A stretch of DNA of 64,000 nucleotides from Parcubacteria group bacterium LiPW_15 (GTDB lineage Bacteria; Patescibacteriota; Minisyncoccia; UBA6257; 2-01-FULL-56-20), in contig VMER01000001.1 in NCBI GenBank assembly GCA_007375645.1, positions 273,211 through 337,210 of the forward strand. The letters run 5' to 3'. Within the stretch, counting starts at the first letter, position 1. Each line of letters opens with the position of its first letter. Below, one piece after another: positions 46,518 to 56,641 of the stretch. Made by a program: the position numbers and the translations under genes. A model generated the notes under the pieces. That model was given only the letters and a program-made list of their open reading frames with translations, searched no databases and was not told where the DNA came from.

Positions 46518-49500
46518 ATGGCCAAATTTACCCACCTACACGTACACAGCCACTATTCTCTCCTCGACGGACTCACGAAGATAGACGAACTTATTAAAAG
46601 GATAAAAGAAACCGGAATGGATTCCGTGGCTTTGACCGATCACGGAGTCATGTATGGTTCCTTGGAGTTCTACCAAAAGGCAAAAAAAGCGGGCGTCAAA
46701 CCGATCCTCGGAGTGGAAGCATATGTCGCCCCGAAAAGCCGCCTCGACCGGGACGCCAATGATGAAAAATATTACCACCTCATCCTCCTCGCCAAGGATC
46801 TGACCGGCTGGAAAAATCTTATTAAACTCGTTTCCCGCGCGAATCTGGAGGGCTATTACTATAAGCCCCGGGTGGATAAAGAAATTTTGCGCGAACATCA
46901 CGAGGGGCTTATCGCCCTTTCGGCGTGCTTAGGCGGAGAAATCGGCCAAGCGTTACTCGCCGAAAATTTTGAGAAAGCAAAAACCATCGCCCTGGAACAC
47001 GAAGAAATTTTCGGAAAAGGAAATTATTTTATTGAGATACAAAAGCACCCGAACATAGAAGATTCCGAAAAGATCGAAGCAGATCTTTTAAGGCTCTCCA
47101 AAGAAACCGGCATACCGCTCGTGGCCACTCAGGACTCCCACTATCCGCGGAAAGAAGACGCGCACTATCACGACATCCTCTTGGCAATCCAGACCGGCAA
47201 TAAACTTTCCGATGATGACCGACTCTCTTTGAAAGCGGACGATTTTTCACTCGCCTCCCCCGAAGAAATGGAATTGAAATTCACCTTCGCGCCGGAAGCG
47301 ATAGAAAATACCGCGAAGATCGCGGAAATGTGCAATGTGGAACTCGAACTCGGAAAAACCCTGCTTCCTAATTTTCCAAAACCGGAGGGTAAGACCGCGA
47401 ACGAATATCTGCGCGAACTCATGGAGGAGCGCCTGCCGAACCGCTATCCGGGCGATAAATTGACTCAAACCGTAAGAGAGCGGGTGGAATATGAATTCGG
47501 GGTTATCGAAAAGACCGGCTTTGCGGATTACTTCCTTATTGTCCAAGACCTTATCAACTGGGCCAAGAACCACGGCATATCCGTAGGTCCCGGAAGAGGT
47601 TCCGCCGCGGGCAGCATTGTTTCTTATATCTTGAATATCACCGATATCGACCCTCTGGTTTATGACCTGCTTTTTGAAAGATTCTTGAATCCGGAACGCA
47701 TTCAAATGCCGGATATAGATATCGACTTTGCCGATACCCGCCGGGGTGAAGTTTTGGCCTATGCGCGCCAGAAATACGGCGAAGATCACGTGGCCCAGAT
47801 CATCACTTTCGGAACCATGGCGGCCCGCGCGGCCATCCGTGATGCCGGACGCGCCATGGGTGTCGCCTACTCTTTCTGCGATCAGGTCGCAAAGCTTATC
47901 CCCTTCAATCCCACCCAGGGTATGAAGGAAGGCTGGCTCCAAAAATGTTTGGATGAAGTTGAAGATTTAAAAACCCTCTACAGCTCGAACGCTCAAGCCA
48001 AAGAGCTTATTGATACTGCATTACATCTCGAAGGCGTGGTCCGTCACGCCTCCGTTCACGCCTGCGGCACGGTTATCTCCCGCGACCCGCTCGTGGAAAA
48101 TGTGCCGCTGCAATTCGCCCCGCAGGATAAAGACATCATCATCACCCAAATAGAAATGGGCGGCATTGAAAAACTGGGTCTTTTGAAAATCGACTTTTTG
48201 GGACTCAAGAATCTAACCATCATTGAAGACACCTTGCGCCTGATACGCGAACTCCAAAATAAAGACGTGAAGATCGCCGAAATTCCATTGGACGATCCAG
48301 CAACTTACGAACTTCTCCAAAAAGGAGATACTACAGGAGTTTTTCAATTTGAATCTTCCGGCATGCGCCGTTACATGAAAGAGATCAAGCCAACCGTGCT
48401 TGAAGATCTTATCGCTTTGGTCGCCCTATACCGTCCGGGTCCGATGGAACTTATCCCGACCTTCATCAAACGTAAAAATGGGCAGGAAAAAATAACCTAT
48501 ATCCACCCGAAGCTCGAGCCGATACTCAAGAACACCTATGGCATCGGTGTGTATCAGGAGCAAATGATGCGCATCGCCCGCGACTTGGCAGGCTATTCGC
48601 TCGCCGAAGCGGACACCTTGCGCAAAGCTATCGGTAAAAAAATTAAGTCGCTCTTGGACGAACAGCAAGTAAGGCTCGTAAGCGGAATGCTCAAGAATAG
48701 TATTGACGAACGCTCCGCTAAAGCCATCTGGGAGCTCTTCCCGCCGTTCGCGCGCTACGGCTTTAACAAGAGCCACGCGGCCTGCTACGCGATGATAGGT
48801 TACAGGACTGCATATCTTAAGGCCCACTACCCCGAAGAGTTCATGGCAAGCCTTTTAAACGCCGATAGCGGAGACACGGAGCGCATCTCTTTCCTCATCA
48901 ACGAGGCCAAGCAATCCAACGTAGATGTCTTGCCGCCGGACGTCAACCAAAGCTTCACCCGTTTTTCTCCGGAGGGCGCGAAAATTCGCTTCGGTCTTTT
49001 GGCGATCAAAAACGTGGGCCAGGCCATCTCCGAAGCGATAATCGAGGAGCGCGGGAGCCGCGGACCGTTCAAAGATTTCGCGGATTTCTTGTCCCGTGTT
49101 AATCATAAAGATCTCAACAAAAAATCATTGGAGAGTTTGGCCAAGGGCGGAGTATTCGATTCCATGGGCATGGAGCGCAACCAGATACTCGAAAATATGG
49201 ATGAAATATTGCGCTTTGCTCAAGCCGCCAGAAAAGGCACGCAGGGCGCCCAAAATTCCCTCTTCGGAGATCTGCCTGCCGCAAGCATTCAAGGATTGAA
49301 ATTAAAGCCGGTTCCGCCCGCGGAAGTCGGTCAAAAACTTGCTTGGGAAAAGGAACTTCTGGGTTTCTATCTTTCCGAACACCCGCTCGCTCGGTTTGAA
49401 ACAAAGATCAAAGAAGTTAAAGCGAGAACAATAGAAGAGATAAGGAAGGCGGAGAACACGAATCTAATTTATCGCACCGCCGGATTAATTTCCAAATCGC

Positions 49501-49715
49501 ACAAAATAATTACCAAAAACGGCCAGCCGATGCTCTTCGTAACCCTCGAAGATCTGTCTCCTTATCAAATAGAACTCGTGGTATTTAATAATACCCTTCA
49601 GAAAACCCAAGACATTTGGAATGAAAACAATGTGATCATAGTTGAGGGCAAAGTGAATCACCGAAACGGCGAACCTTCGCTTATCGTAGAACGGGCAAAG
49701 ATATTGGAGACATAA
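46518..49715 (+). CDS. dnaE: DNA polymerase III alpha subunit
   Basis: HLHVHSHYSLLDG (PHP), GPGRGSAAGS, PDIDIDF, LLKIDFLGL, YGFNKSHA; no intein visible. Confidence 0.98.
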   Translation: MAKFTHLHVHSHYSLLDGLTKIDELIKRIKETGMDSVALTDHGVMYGSLEFYQKAKKAGVKPILGVEAYVAPKSRLDRDANDEKYYHLILLAKDLTGWKNLIKLVSRANLEGYYYKPRVDKEILREHHEGLIALSACLGGEIGQALLAENFEKAKTIALEHEEIFGKGNYFIEIQKHPNIEDSEKIEADLLRLSKETGIPLVATQDSHYPRKEDAHYHDILLAIQTGNKLSDDDRLSLKADDFSLASPEEMELKFTFAPEAIENTAKIAEMCNVELELGKTLLPNFPKPEGKTANEYLRELMEERLPNRYPGDKLTQTVRERVEYEFGVIEKTGFADYFLIVQDLINWAKNHGISVGPGRGSAAGSIVSYILNITDIDPLVYDLLFERFLNPERIQMPDIDIDFADTRRGEVLAYARQKYGEDHVAQIITFGTMAARAAIRDAGRAMGVAYSFCDQVAKLIPFNPTQGMKEGWLQKCLDEVEDLKTLYSSNAQAKELIDTALHLEGVVRHASVHACGTVISRDPLVENVPLQFAPQDKDIIITQIEMGGIEKLGLLKIDFLGLKNLTIIEDTLRLIRELQNKDVKIAEIPLDDPATYELLQKGDTTGVFQFESSGMRRYMKEIKPTVLEDLIALVALYRPGPMELIPTFIKRKNGQEKITYIHPKLEPILKNTYGIGVYQEQMMRIARDLAGYSLAEADTLRKAIGKKIKSLLDEQQVRLVSGMLKNSIDERSAKAIWELFPPFARYGFNKSHAACYAMIGYRTAYLKAHYPEEFMASLLNADSGDTERISFLINEAKQSNVDVLPPDVNQSFTRFSPEGAKIRFGLLAIKNVGQAISEAIIEERGSRGPFKDFADFLSRVNHKDLNKKSLESLAKGGVFDSMGMERNQILENMDEILRFAQAARKGTQGAQNSLFGDLPAASIQGLKLKPVPPAEVGQKLAWEKELLGFYLSEHPLARFETKIKEVKARTIEEIRKAENTNLIYRTAGLISKSHKIITKNGQPMLFVTLEDLSPYQIELVVFNNTLQKTQDIWNENNVIIVEGKVNHRNGEPSLIVERAKILET

Positions 49716-49769
49716 AAAAAGAAAAACGGCCGGGGGGAACCCCGGCCGCGGAAAGAGGCGCGTGACACG

Positions 49770-49874
49770 TCAGACCGACTCGCAATCGCGGTTCTGCCTG
49801 TCGTCGTCCGCTCCCCGAATCACGAGATACATGAAAGCGCCAACGATGACGAGTGCGATTCCGAGTCCGACCAT
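49770..49874 (-). CDS. Small single-TM protein (34 aa; absent from the ORF track)
   Basis: MVGLGIALVIVGAFMYLVIRGADDDRQNRDCESV*; GGAGGTGA SD; TTGACT upstream; hairpin at 49727-49748. Confidence 0.6.
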   Translation of the reverse strand: MVGLGIALVIVGAFMYLVIRGADDDRQNRDCESV

Positions 49875-50030
49875 GACGATCACCTCCCTTGCTGAAAGTA
49901 AATATAAGCTATTCCCGAAAAAAGTCAAGTCCCTTAATTTATTTTTTAGGCCTCTTCGACAATTTAAAAAGCCCTCCTTCGCACGAGGCTACGGAGGACG
50001 CATGAATCCCTCTTGGGCCTCATAAGCGTC

Positions 50031-51503
50031 TTAAAGCGCCTTGCGCTCAGACCCGTGCGCCTTTGGGCGCATTAGGGGGAAAAACAATATCTCCCGAATC
50101 GGCTTGTCCATCAAAACTGCGAATAGTCTCTCAGAAATTCCAAAACCCGCGGTCGGCGGCATGCCGTATTCCAAGGCGGTTATAAACTCTTCATCCAGCA
50201 TCTGCGCCTCTGCGTCCCCCGCCTCTCTTAAGCCCATCTGCTCCTCAAAACGAGCCCGCTGATCCAAGGGGTCATTGAGCTCCGAAAAACCTTTACCAAG
50301 CTCTGTGCCTGCGGCCAAAACTTGGAATCTTTCCACGCGCCGCGGGTCTTTCCTGTGTCTCTTTGCCAGAGGCTCTATCTCTACCGGAGGATCCACAAGG
50401 AAACACGGGTCAAAAAGCGTCGGCCGCACTGTTTTTTTAAAAATAAGATCGATAAGCCTGCCCTTGCCCATGTGGCGCTCGGGGTTCAGTTTGAGTTCAA
50501 TGGCTTTTTTGCGCAGCTCTTCCTCCGAGGCGGAAAGCGGATCAAGCTTTACGGCTTTCTTGAAAGATTCCACGTAATCCACTTTTTTCCATTTCTTGCC
50601 CCAGTCGATTTTCTTCCCTTCATAAACGGTCTTCAAACCGCCGGTGGTCTTTTTGATCACAAATTTATAAGTTTTCTCGATGAACTTCATCAGATCTTCG
50701 TATTCATGAAAAGCCCAATAAAATTCCAGCTGGGTGTAATCCTGAAGGTGCTCTTTATCCATCCCCTCATTCCGGAAAATGCGTCCGATCTCAAAAACTT
50801 TTTCATAGCCTGCGACTATGAGCTTCTTGAGCGGAAGTTCCAACGAAATACGAAGATAAAGATCGATATCCAAAGCATTGAGGTGCGTTTTGAAAGGCTC
50901 CGCTTCCGCGCCTCCGGGAATAGATTCGAAGATCGGGGTTTCCACCTCCAAAAAACCGTCATTTAAAAATGTCTCCCGGAAAGCTGCCCAAAAGGCGGCC
51001 TTCTTCCGGAACATGTCCGAAACGGTCTTATCGGTCAGTATCTCGAGATACCTGCGCCTCAAGCGCAGCTCATCGTCCTCCACGCCATACCATTCGGACG
51101 GTATCGGCAAAAGCGCCTTGCTCAAAAGCCTTACCTCTTTTATTTCTACGCTCTCCTCTCCTTTCTTGGTTTTAAAAAGAATCCCGGAGATCTGAATAAA
51201 ATCTCCCCGATCCAAAGAATTTTTCCAAAGCGGAAAATCTTTAACGTTCTTTTTGGTGAGCACGCCCTGCAAAGACCCTGATTCATCCCGTATGTCCAAA
51301 AAAATTATGTTTCCCTGATCGCGGATACTCCAAATGCGCCCGGCAAGAAACACTCTCTTTTTCGCTTTAGACAATTTCGCGAAATCCTTTCTAACCTCCC
51401 CCAGCGTGTGGGTTCGTTTGCAATCTGCCGGATACGCCAAAAGCCCTGCGTCCTTTACGCGGGCAAGCTTCTTTAATCGTTCCTCGCGAAGAGCATCGAT
51501 CAT
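50031..51503 (-). CDS. lysS: Lysine--tRNA ligase (class II)
   Basis: GGAEAEPF.TH, LRISLEL.LK.L...G, FRNEG, LEYGMPPTAGFG. Confidence 0.97.
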   Translation of the reverse strand: MIDALREERLKKLARVKDAGLLAYPADCKRTHTLGEVRKDFAKLSKAKKRVFLAGRIWSIRDQGNIIFLDIRDESGSLQGVLTKKNVKDFPLWKNSLDRGDFIQISGILFKTKKGEESVEIKEVRLLSKALLPIPSEWYGVEDDELRLRRRYLEILTDKTVSDMFRKKAAFWAAFRETFLNDGFLEVETPIFESIPGGAEAEPFKTHLNALDIDLYLRISLELPLKKLIVAGYEKVFEIGRIFRNEGMDKEHLQDYTQLEFYWAFHEYEDLMKFIEKTYKFVIKKTTGGLKTVYEGKKIDWGKKWKKVDYVESFKKAVKLDPLSASEEELRKKAIELKLNPERHMGKGRLIDLIFKKTVRPTLFDPCFLVDPPVEIEPLAKRHRKDPRRVERFQVLAAGTELGKGFSELNDPLDQRARFEEQMGLREAGDAEAQMLDEEFITALEYGMPPTAGFGISERLFAVLMDKPIREILFFPLMRPKAHGSERKAL

Positions 51504-51517
51504 CGGTATGTCAGCCG

Positions 51518-51973
51518 CTATTCAACGCGGGTTATTTTGTAGGTGGCTTGGCCGTTCGGAGTGGAGACTTGAGCGCTGTCCCCGGCCTTCTTGCCCAAGA
51601 AAGCTGCGCCTAAAGGAGATTCGTTGGAAATTTTATTCTCTTCCGGCTTGGACTCTTCGGAACCGACGATGGTAAAAGTTTTTGTCACGCCGTCTTTTTC
51701 GACGGTCAAAGTGGAACCGATGCGCGCCTCAACTCCCCCATCCCCTTTTTTGATTATGGAAACATGCTTCATCATGTCTTCCAACTCATAGATGCGGGTT
51801 TCCACGCGGGATTGTTCTTCGCGAGCTTCCACGTATTCGGAATTTTCGGACAAGTCGCCGAATTCTTTGGCCCTGAGCAATCGCTCGGAAACTTCGTTTC
51901 TTTTTTGTCCTTTCAATATTTCCAATTCTTTCTTCAACTCTTCAAGTCTCTCGGGGGTAAGGTAATAGGTCAT
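51518..51973 (-). CDS. greA: Transcription elongation factor GreA
   Basis: FGDLSENSEY, ISNESPLG.A.LG. Confidence 0.97.
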   Translation of the reverse strand: MTYYLTPERLEELKKELEILKGQKRNEVSERLLRAKEFGDLSENSEYVEAREEQSRVETRIYELEDMMKHVSIIKKGDGGVEARIGSTLTVEKDGVTKTFTIVGSEESKPEENKISNESPLGAAFLGKKAGDSAQVSTPNGQATYKITRVE

Positions 51974-52054
51974 GGGTCGTATATCATATAACGCGTAGCG
52001 TGTAGCATATCACGCCCTGCGTTGGTTATTGATTATTATGCTATATGTTCAGGA

Positions 52055-52798
52055 CTACACGGTTCGTGCTTTGAATGGGTATTTCCTTCTCCAAAGCCAT
52101 AGGCGAATCTTAAGGGTTTCGATGAGAACTTTCAAGTAATCGGAAATTCCGATATGAGAACCTTCAGCGTTCACCCAATGCACGGGAATTTCCTGGATCT
52201 TGTAACCGAGCTCTTTGGCCAGCGCCAAGCACTCGACATCAAACCCCCAGCCGACTATTTTCATCATGCCAAATATTTCTTCTGCCGCCCGATCGCTAAA
52301 AGCCTTGAAACCGCATTGCGTGTCCCAAATCCCGGGGAGCAACAATGCCTGGATGAACAAATTCCCCAGCTTGCCGGGTATTTGCCGATAAAACGGTTCC
52401 GGCGGATCTAGTTTTGCGCCTTTGACCGCTCGACTTCCAATGACCACATCCGCCCCTGTCCTAAAATGTTCGATCATTTTGTCAAAGTGGTCCACGGTCG
52501 TGGCGTTATCTGCATCCATAAATAAGCGATAATTTCCTTGCGCGATAAGCATACCGTCCCTGACCACCGCGCCCTTGCCTCGATTCACATGATTGTCCAC
52601 TACTTTTAAATTTTTTATATGCGAACTCATCTTTTGCGCGACTTCCGCGGTATTGTCTTTGGAACCATCGTTCACCACTAAGATCTCGTAGGTGTAATCC
52701 ACTTTCGCCATGTGCTTATCGATATCGATAAGCGTAATCGGCAGACGTTTTGCCTCATTCCAAGCGGGTATGATTATGGAAAGATAAGGTCGAGCCAT
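52055..52798 (-). CDS. GT2 glycosyltransferase (polyprenyl-phosphate glucosyltransferase-like)
   Basis: IIPAWNE, VNDGSKD, NRGKG, FMDADN, DTQCGFK, WGFDVE. Confidence 0.9.
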   Translation of the reverse strand: MARPYLSIIIPAWNEAKRLPITLIDIDKHMAKVDYTYEILVVNDGSKDNTAEVAQKMSSHIKNLKVVDNHVNRGKGAVVRDGMLIAQGNYRLFMDADNATTVDHFDKMIEHFRTGADVVIGSRAVKGAKLDPPEPFYRQIPGKLGNLFIQALLLPGIWDTQCGFKAFSDRAAEEIFGMMKIVGWGFDVECLALAKELGYKIQEIPVHWVNAEGSHIGISDYLKVLIETLKIRLWLWRRKYPFKARTV

Positions 52799-52863
52799 GG
52801 GGTAATTATACCATAAGAAAAAGCCCCCGAAGGGGCCGAATCCGCCAGGCTATGGCACGCAAC

Positions 52864-53625
52864 CTAGGCCTGGGTGAGTATCCTATGCCCTTTTTCTGTT
52901 ATGGCAATTGTGTGCTCAAAATGGGCGGCCATTGAGCCATCGGCGGTCACAAAGCTATCATCCTCAAGCTGCTTTACCCTCGGCTTCCCGGCGCAAACCA
53001 TAGGTTCCAAAGCCAGCACCATTCCGGGCTTTAAAACGTCCCATTCGCCCGGGAGCCCCTCGTTGAAGACATACGGGTCTTCGTGAAGCTTCCTGCCGAT
53101 ACCGTGCCCAGTCAGCCCATCCACCACGTGAAAACCATTCTTTTTTACGAAACTCCCGATTGCATAGCCGATATCTCCCAGGGTGTTTCCGGGTTGTGCC
53201 GCGGCGATTCCTTTTTCGAGCGCCCCGCGAGTCACGGATATCAGCTCCTGATCCTCTTTGGACGTCTTTCCGATCGGAACCGTGATAGCCATATCGGAAT
53301 AAAATTTTTCATATATTAGACCCAGGTCAAGTTTTAAAAGATCACCGCTCTTAAGCGCATAGCCCGAAGGAAGTCCGTGAACCACGCCGGAGTTTATTGA
53401 AGTACAAATGGTCGCCGGATATGGTCTGTCCGCGCCGCTCGGGCGGTAATTTAAAAAAGCCGGAATGCACCCGGATTCTTCTATGAGGCGCTTGGCTTCC
53501 CGATCGATCTCGTAGGTAGTAACACCCTCTTTCACCATGGCCTTAAGAGCCCTGACCACCAGGGCTAGGCGCTTCCCCGCTTCCGCCATTATTTTTATTT
53601 CTTCCTCGGTCTTTATAAGGATCAT
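52864..53625 (-). CDS. map: Methionine aminopeptidase, type I
   Basis: CTSIN..VVHGLP, D.GL...YSD, GHGIG..LHEDP, LEPM, AHFEHT. Confidence 0.97.
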   Translation of the reverse strand: MILIKTEEEIKIMAEAGKRLALVVRALKAMVKEGVTTYEIDREAKRLIEESGCIPAFLNYRPSGADRPYPATICTSINSGVVHGLPSGYALKSGDLLKLDLGLIYEKFYSDMAITVPIGKTSKEDQELISVTRGALEKGIAAAQPGNTLGDIGYAIGSFVKKNGFHVVDGLTGHGIGRKLHEDPYVFNEGLPGEWDVLKPGMVLALEPMVCAGKPRVKQLEDDSFVTADGSMAAHFEHTIAITEKGHRILTQA

Positions 53626-54293
53626 TACTTCAGTATCTTTTCGATACGTTCAAACACTTTATACGGTGCAGGCCTGGCGTCAAGTTTCAAAACCTTAATC
53701 CCGTTTTCTTTCATAAAATCCAGGATCGGTTCCGTCCTTTCTTTATATTCTTTTAGCCTAATTTTTATCGTCGCAGGATTATCCAAAGTCCGCTTATAAA
53801 ATGGTCCGCCGCAAACCGGACAGTGTTTTGGTTTTTTTACATCGTAATAAGCGGAGAGAAGACCGTAACCGCAAAATTTACACATCATCCTGTTGCTGTT
53901 TCTCTTTATAGAAACCTCTGCCGGCACATTAAGCGCAAAGACATGAAGATTCTTCCGCCCATAAAGTTTGGTAAGAACAGGAATAAAATGCTTCGCTTCG
54001 TACATGGTTCTAAGCGAGCCGCTAAAAATAAGACCGAAACCCGCAGCATGTATTTTTCTTGCTTCTATCTCTTCCGTTTTCACAACCCAGCTTGGCGTTA
54101 AAAGTATGCCAGTGTCGAAAAGTTTTCTTTCTCTTCGGATTATTCGATTTTTTTGGTTAGCCGGATCGTGCAAAATCTTTTCAAAGTATTTACCGGTATC
54201 AAAATGAATCATATTGAGCTTCGCCGCCAAAAGATTGGCTTGCGTCCCCTTTCCAGCTCCAGGAGGTCCATAAATGATAACTACCTTTTTCAT
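53625..54293 (-). CDS. adk: Adenylate kinase-family NMP kinase with a zinc lid (divergent)
   Basis: GPPGAGKGTQA; CxxC...CxxC lid; follows secY. Confidence 0.88.
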   Translation of the reverse strand: MKKVVIIYGPPGAGKGTQANLLAAKLNMIHFDTGKYFEKILHDPANQKNRIIRRERKLFDTGILLTPSWVVKTEEIEARKIHAAGFGLIFSGSLRTMYEAKHFIPVLTKLYGRKNLHVFALNVPAEVSIKRNSNRMMCKFCGYGLLSAYYDVKKPKHCPVCGGPFYKRTLDNPATIKIRLKEYKERTEPILDFMKENGIKVLKLDARPAPYKVFERIEKILK

Positions 54294-54387
54294 ATCTTTA
54301 TTCTAAACCAAAATCGGATATATAAAAATACTGAATACAAAAACGACCCACTTTTTTGTGAGCCGTTTTCTTAGACCAATAAGATTA

Positions 54388-55659
54388 TTATTCTAAGCCC
54401 TCATAGCCCCTAATTGTGAGCTGTGAATTCACCTGCCTCATGGTTTCCAAAACCACGGCGACTACGATCAAAAGCGAAGTGCCGCTTATTTGAAGTGCGG
54501 AAACCTTAGTCACAGTCTGCACGAATATCGGCAGTACGGCGATAAGTCCCAGGAACACCGCGCCGGAGAGATTAACGCGGGAAAGTATTCTTTTGAAGAA
54601 GGAAGCGGTGGCCTCGCCCGGGCGAATACCGGTCACAAATCCTCCGCCGCGCTGCAAGTTCTTCGCTACCTCTTCCGGATTAAAGGTAATGGCGGAATAG
54701 AAGAAGGTGAAAGCCACGACCAAAATGAAATATAAAAGTCCGTACCAAAGTTGATTGGCCAGGAATGTGCTGATCGCCGTGTGAAGCTTAAGCCCTAAAT
54801 CCGCCGAAAACACCGAAACAACCTGCGCAAAAAACTGCGGGAAAAGCAAAACGGAAACAGCGAAGATGAGCGGTATCATTCCCGCTTGATTCACCTTCAA
54901 GGGCAGGTAGCTCGAAGAGCCTCCGTACATTTTGTTTCCCCGGATACGTCTGGCATAAGCGATAGGGATCTTCCTCTCCCCTTCGTTCAGATAGACAACT
55001 GCGGCGATTATACCGATTGCGATGATCGCGAAACCAACATAGGTCGGAAGCATTGCCGGAGTGTAGGACGCAATAAGAAGCCTGAAATCCGTCGGCAGTT
55101 GGCTCACGATACCAGCCAAGATGATCAAAGAAATTCCGTTCCCGACTTTCTGTTCGCTGATAAGCTCGCCGAACCAAAGCGCGAGCATCGAGCCTGCGGT
55201 TATCGCCAAAATATTTGTGAGCATTCCAAGCGCGCTCGGCCGCGCGATAGCGCCCTGGGAAATCAAAAGATTCAAAAAACCGAAACCCTGAAGCACGGCC
55301 AACGGAATAGTTAGAATACGCGAGTATTGATTGAACTTGGCCTGGCCGCGGGCGCCCTCCTCGTAATACAGCTGCTTCATCTTCGGAAAGATGATAGTCA
55401 AAAGCTGCATGATAATGGTCGCGGTGATATAGGGACCGACGCCAAGCATCGCGAGCGAAAGGTTCGTCAAACCGCCTCCGGAGAAGAGGTTCAGAAAACC
55501 GAAAAGTTGGCTTGAAGCCAGAAACTGCGCGAGACGCGCCGGATCGACTCCCGGTATCGGAATAGAAGCCAAAACCCGGAAAGCGACAAGAAGGCCCAAA
55601 ACAATGAGGACCTTGTTGCGCAAGTCTTTTACCCTGAAAAGCTCGAGGAATTTATTCAT
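54388..55659 (-). CDS. secY: Preprotein translocase SecY
   Basis: LGVGPYITATII.QL, GNGISL.I, LPLKVNQAGMIP, GIRPG, GTSLLI.V.V. Confidence 0.98.
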   Translation of the reverse strand: MNKFLELFRVKDLRNKVLIVLGLLVAFRVLASIPIPGVDPARLAQFLASSQLFGFLNLFSGGGLTNLSLAMLGVGPYITATIIMQLLTIIFPKMKQLYYEEGARGQAKFNQYSRILTIPLAVLQGFGFLNLLISQGAIARPSALGMLTNILAITAGSMLALWFGELISEQKVGNGISLIILAGIVSQLPTDFRLLIASYTPAMLPTYVGFAIIAIGIIAAVVYLNEGERKIPIAYARRIRGNKMYGGSSSYLPLKVNQAGMIPLIFAVSVLLFPQFFAQVVSVFSADLGLKLHTAISTFLANQLWYGLLYFILVVAFTFFYSAITFNPEEVAKNLQRGGGFVTGIRPGEATASFFKRILSRVNLSGAVFLGLIAVLPIFVQTVTKVSALQISGTSLLIVVAVVLETMRQVNSQLTIRGYEGLE

Positions 55660-55664
55660 CCTAT

Positions 55665-56111
55665 TTATTCTACCTTACCGCCGGCTTTTTCGATCTTAGC
55701 CTTTGCGGAGGCGGAAACTTTAAGCCCTTTTACGGTTATGGGAATAGTGAGCTCTCCTTTGGACAAAAGTTTAGCGATACCGCGAAAGTTTTTGGCGACA
55801 AGCCGCGCCTCCTTCAAGGCGGCGACATTAATAAGCACACTGTTATTTCCGGCCGCGAACTTTTTAAATTTGGACTCGATCGCGGAAAGATTGAAAGTCA
55901 CGACTTTGTTGCTCGTCGGCTTGTTCGCAAAACCGCGAAGCTTAGGCAAGCGCTGAATAAGATCGCGCTCGGCCGGACGGATAACGTGACCGGAACGGGA
56001 TTTCTGACCCTTCTGGCCGCGGCCGGAAGTGATTCCCCTCTTACCGCCTCGCCCTATGCGCTGCGGACGCTTCCTTTGTCCTACGGATTTTGTAAATTCG
56101 TGTAATTGCAT
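55665..56111 (-). CDS. rplO: 50S ribosomal protein uL15
   Basis: RIGRGG...SGRGQKGQKSRSG, RLPKLRGF, IEKAGGKV. Confidence 0.97.
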   Translation of the reverse strand: MQLHEFTKSVGQRKRPQRIGRGGKRGITSGRGQKGQKSRSGHVIRPAERDLIQRLPKLRGFANKPTSNKVVTFNLSAIESKFKKFAAGNNSVLINVAALKEARLVAKNFRGIAKLLSKGELTIPITVKGLKVSASAKAKIEKAGGKVE

Positions 56112-56115
56112 GAGT

Positions 56116-56640
56116 TTAAGCTTGAGCTTCCGCCTTCTGCGGCTTTATAAGACGAACCTTTTTGAGCGCTTCCATGGTAGCCATGGCATTCGTAAGCTTG
56201 TTCGGAGTTCTCGAAATACACTTCGCGGTCGCATCCTTAATCCCGGCGAGGCCCAAAACTACGCGAACGGCTCCTCCGGCCTTGAGTCCGTGGCCGACTT
56301 TCGCCGGCTTGATAATAACCTCAGCCGCGCTGTATTTCGCAGAAGCTTCGTGAGCGATAGTGCGGCCCTCTTTCAGCTTAATGAACAAAAGAGATTTCTT
56401 GGCGTCTGCCTTGCCCTTCGCTACGGATTGCTGGAAGTCGGCGCCCTTGCCGATGCCGACACCGACGCGGCCCTTACCATCGCCGATGACCACGGTCGCA
56501 CGGAAACGAAAACGCTTGCCGCCCTTAACCACGCGCGTTACGCGGCGCATATCCAGAACTTTCTCGTTGAACTCGTCTTTATATTGTTCGCGCGGTCCCC
56601 TGCCCGGTCCCCGTCCGCGATTATTATTGTTGAACATCAT
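56116..56640 (-). CDS. rpsE: 30S ribosomal protein uS5
   Basis: RVTRVVKGGKRFRFRA.VV.GD. Confidence 0.98.
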   Translation of the reverse strand: MMFNNNNRGRGPGRGPREQYKDEFNEKVLDMRRVTRVVKGGKRFRFRATVVIGDGKGRVGVGIGKGADFQQSVAKGKADAKKSLLFIKLKEGRTIAHEASAKYSAAEVIIKPAKVGHGLKAGGAVRVVLGLAGIKDATAKCISRTPNKLTNAMATMEALKKVRLIKPQKAEAQA

Positions 56641-56641
56641 T

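Noticed and set aside
46518-49715. Intein in DnaE, or significance of its opposite orientation
   Set aside because: The length (1065 aa) and continuous motifs leave no room for an intein; orientation alone is uninformative.
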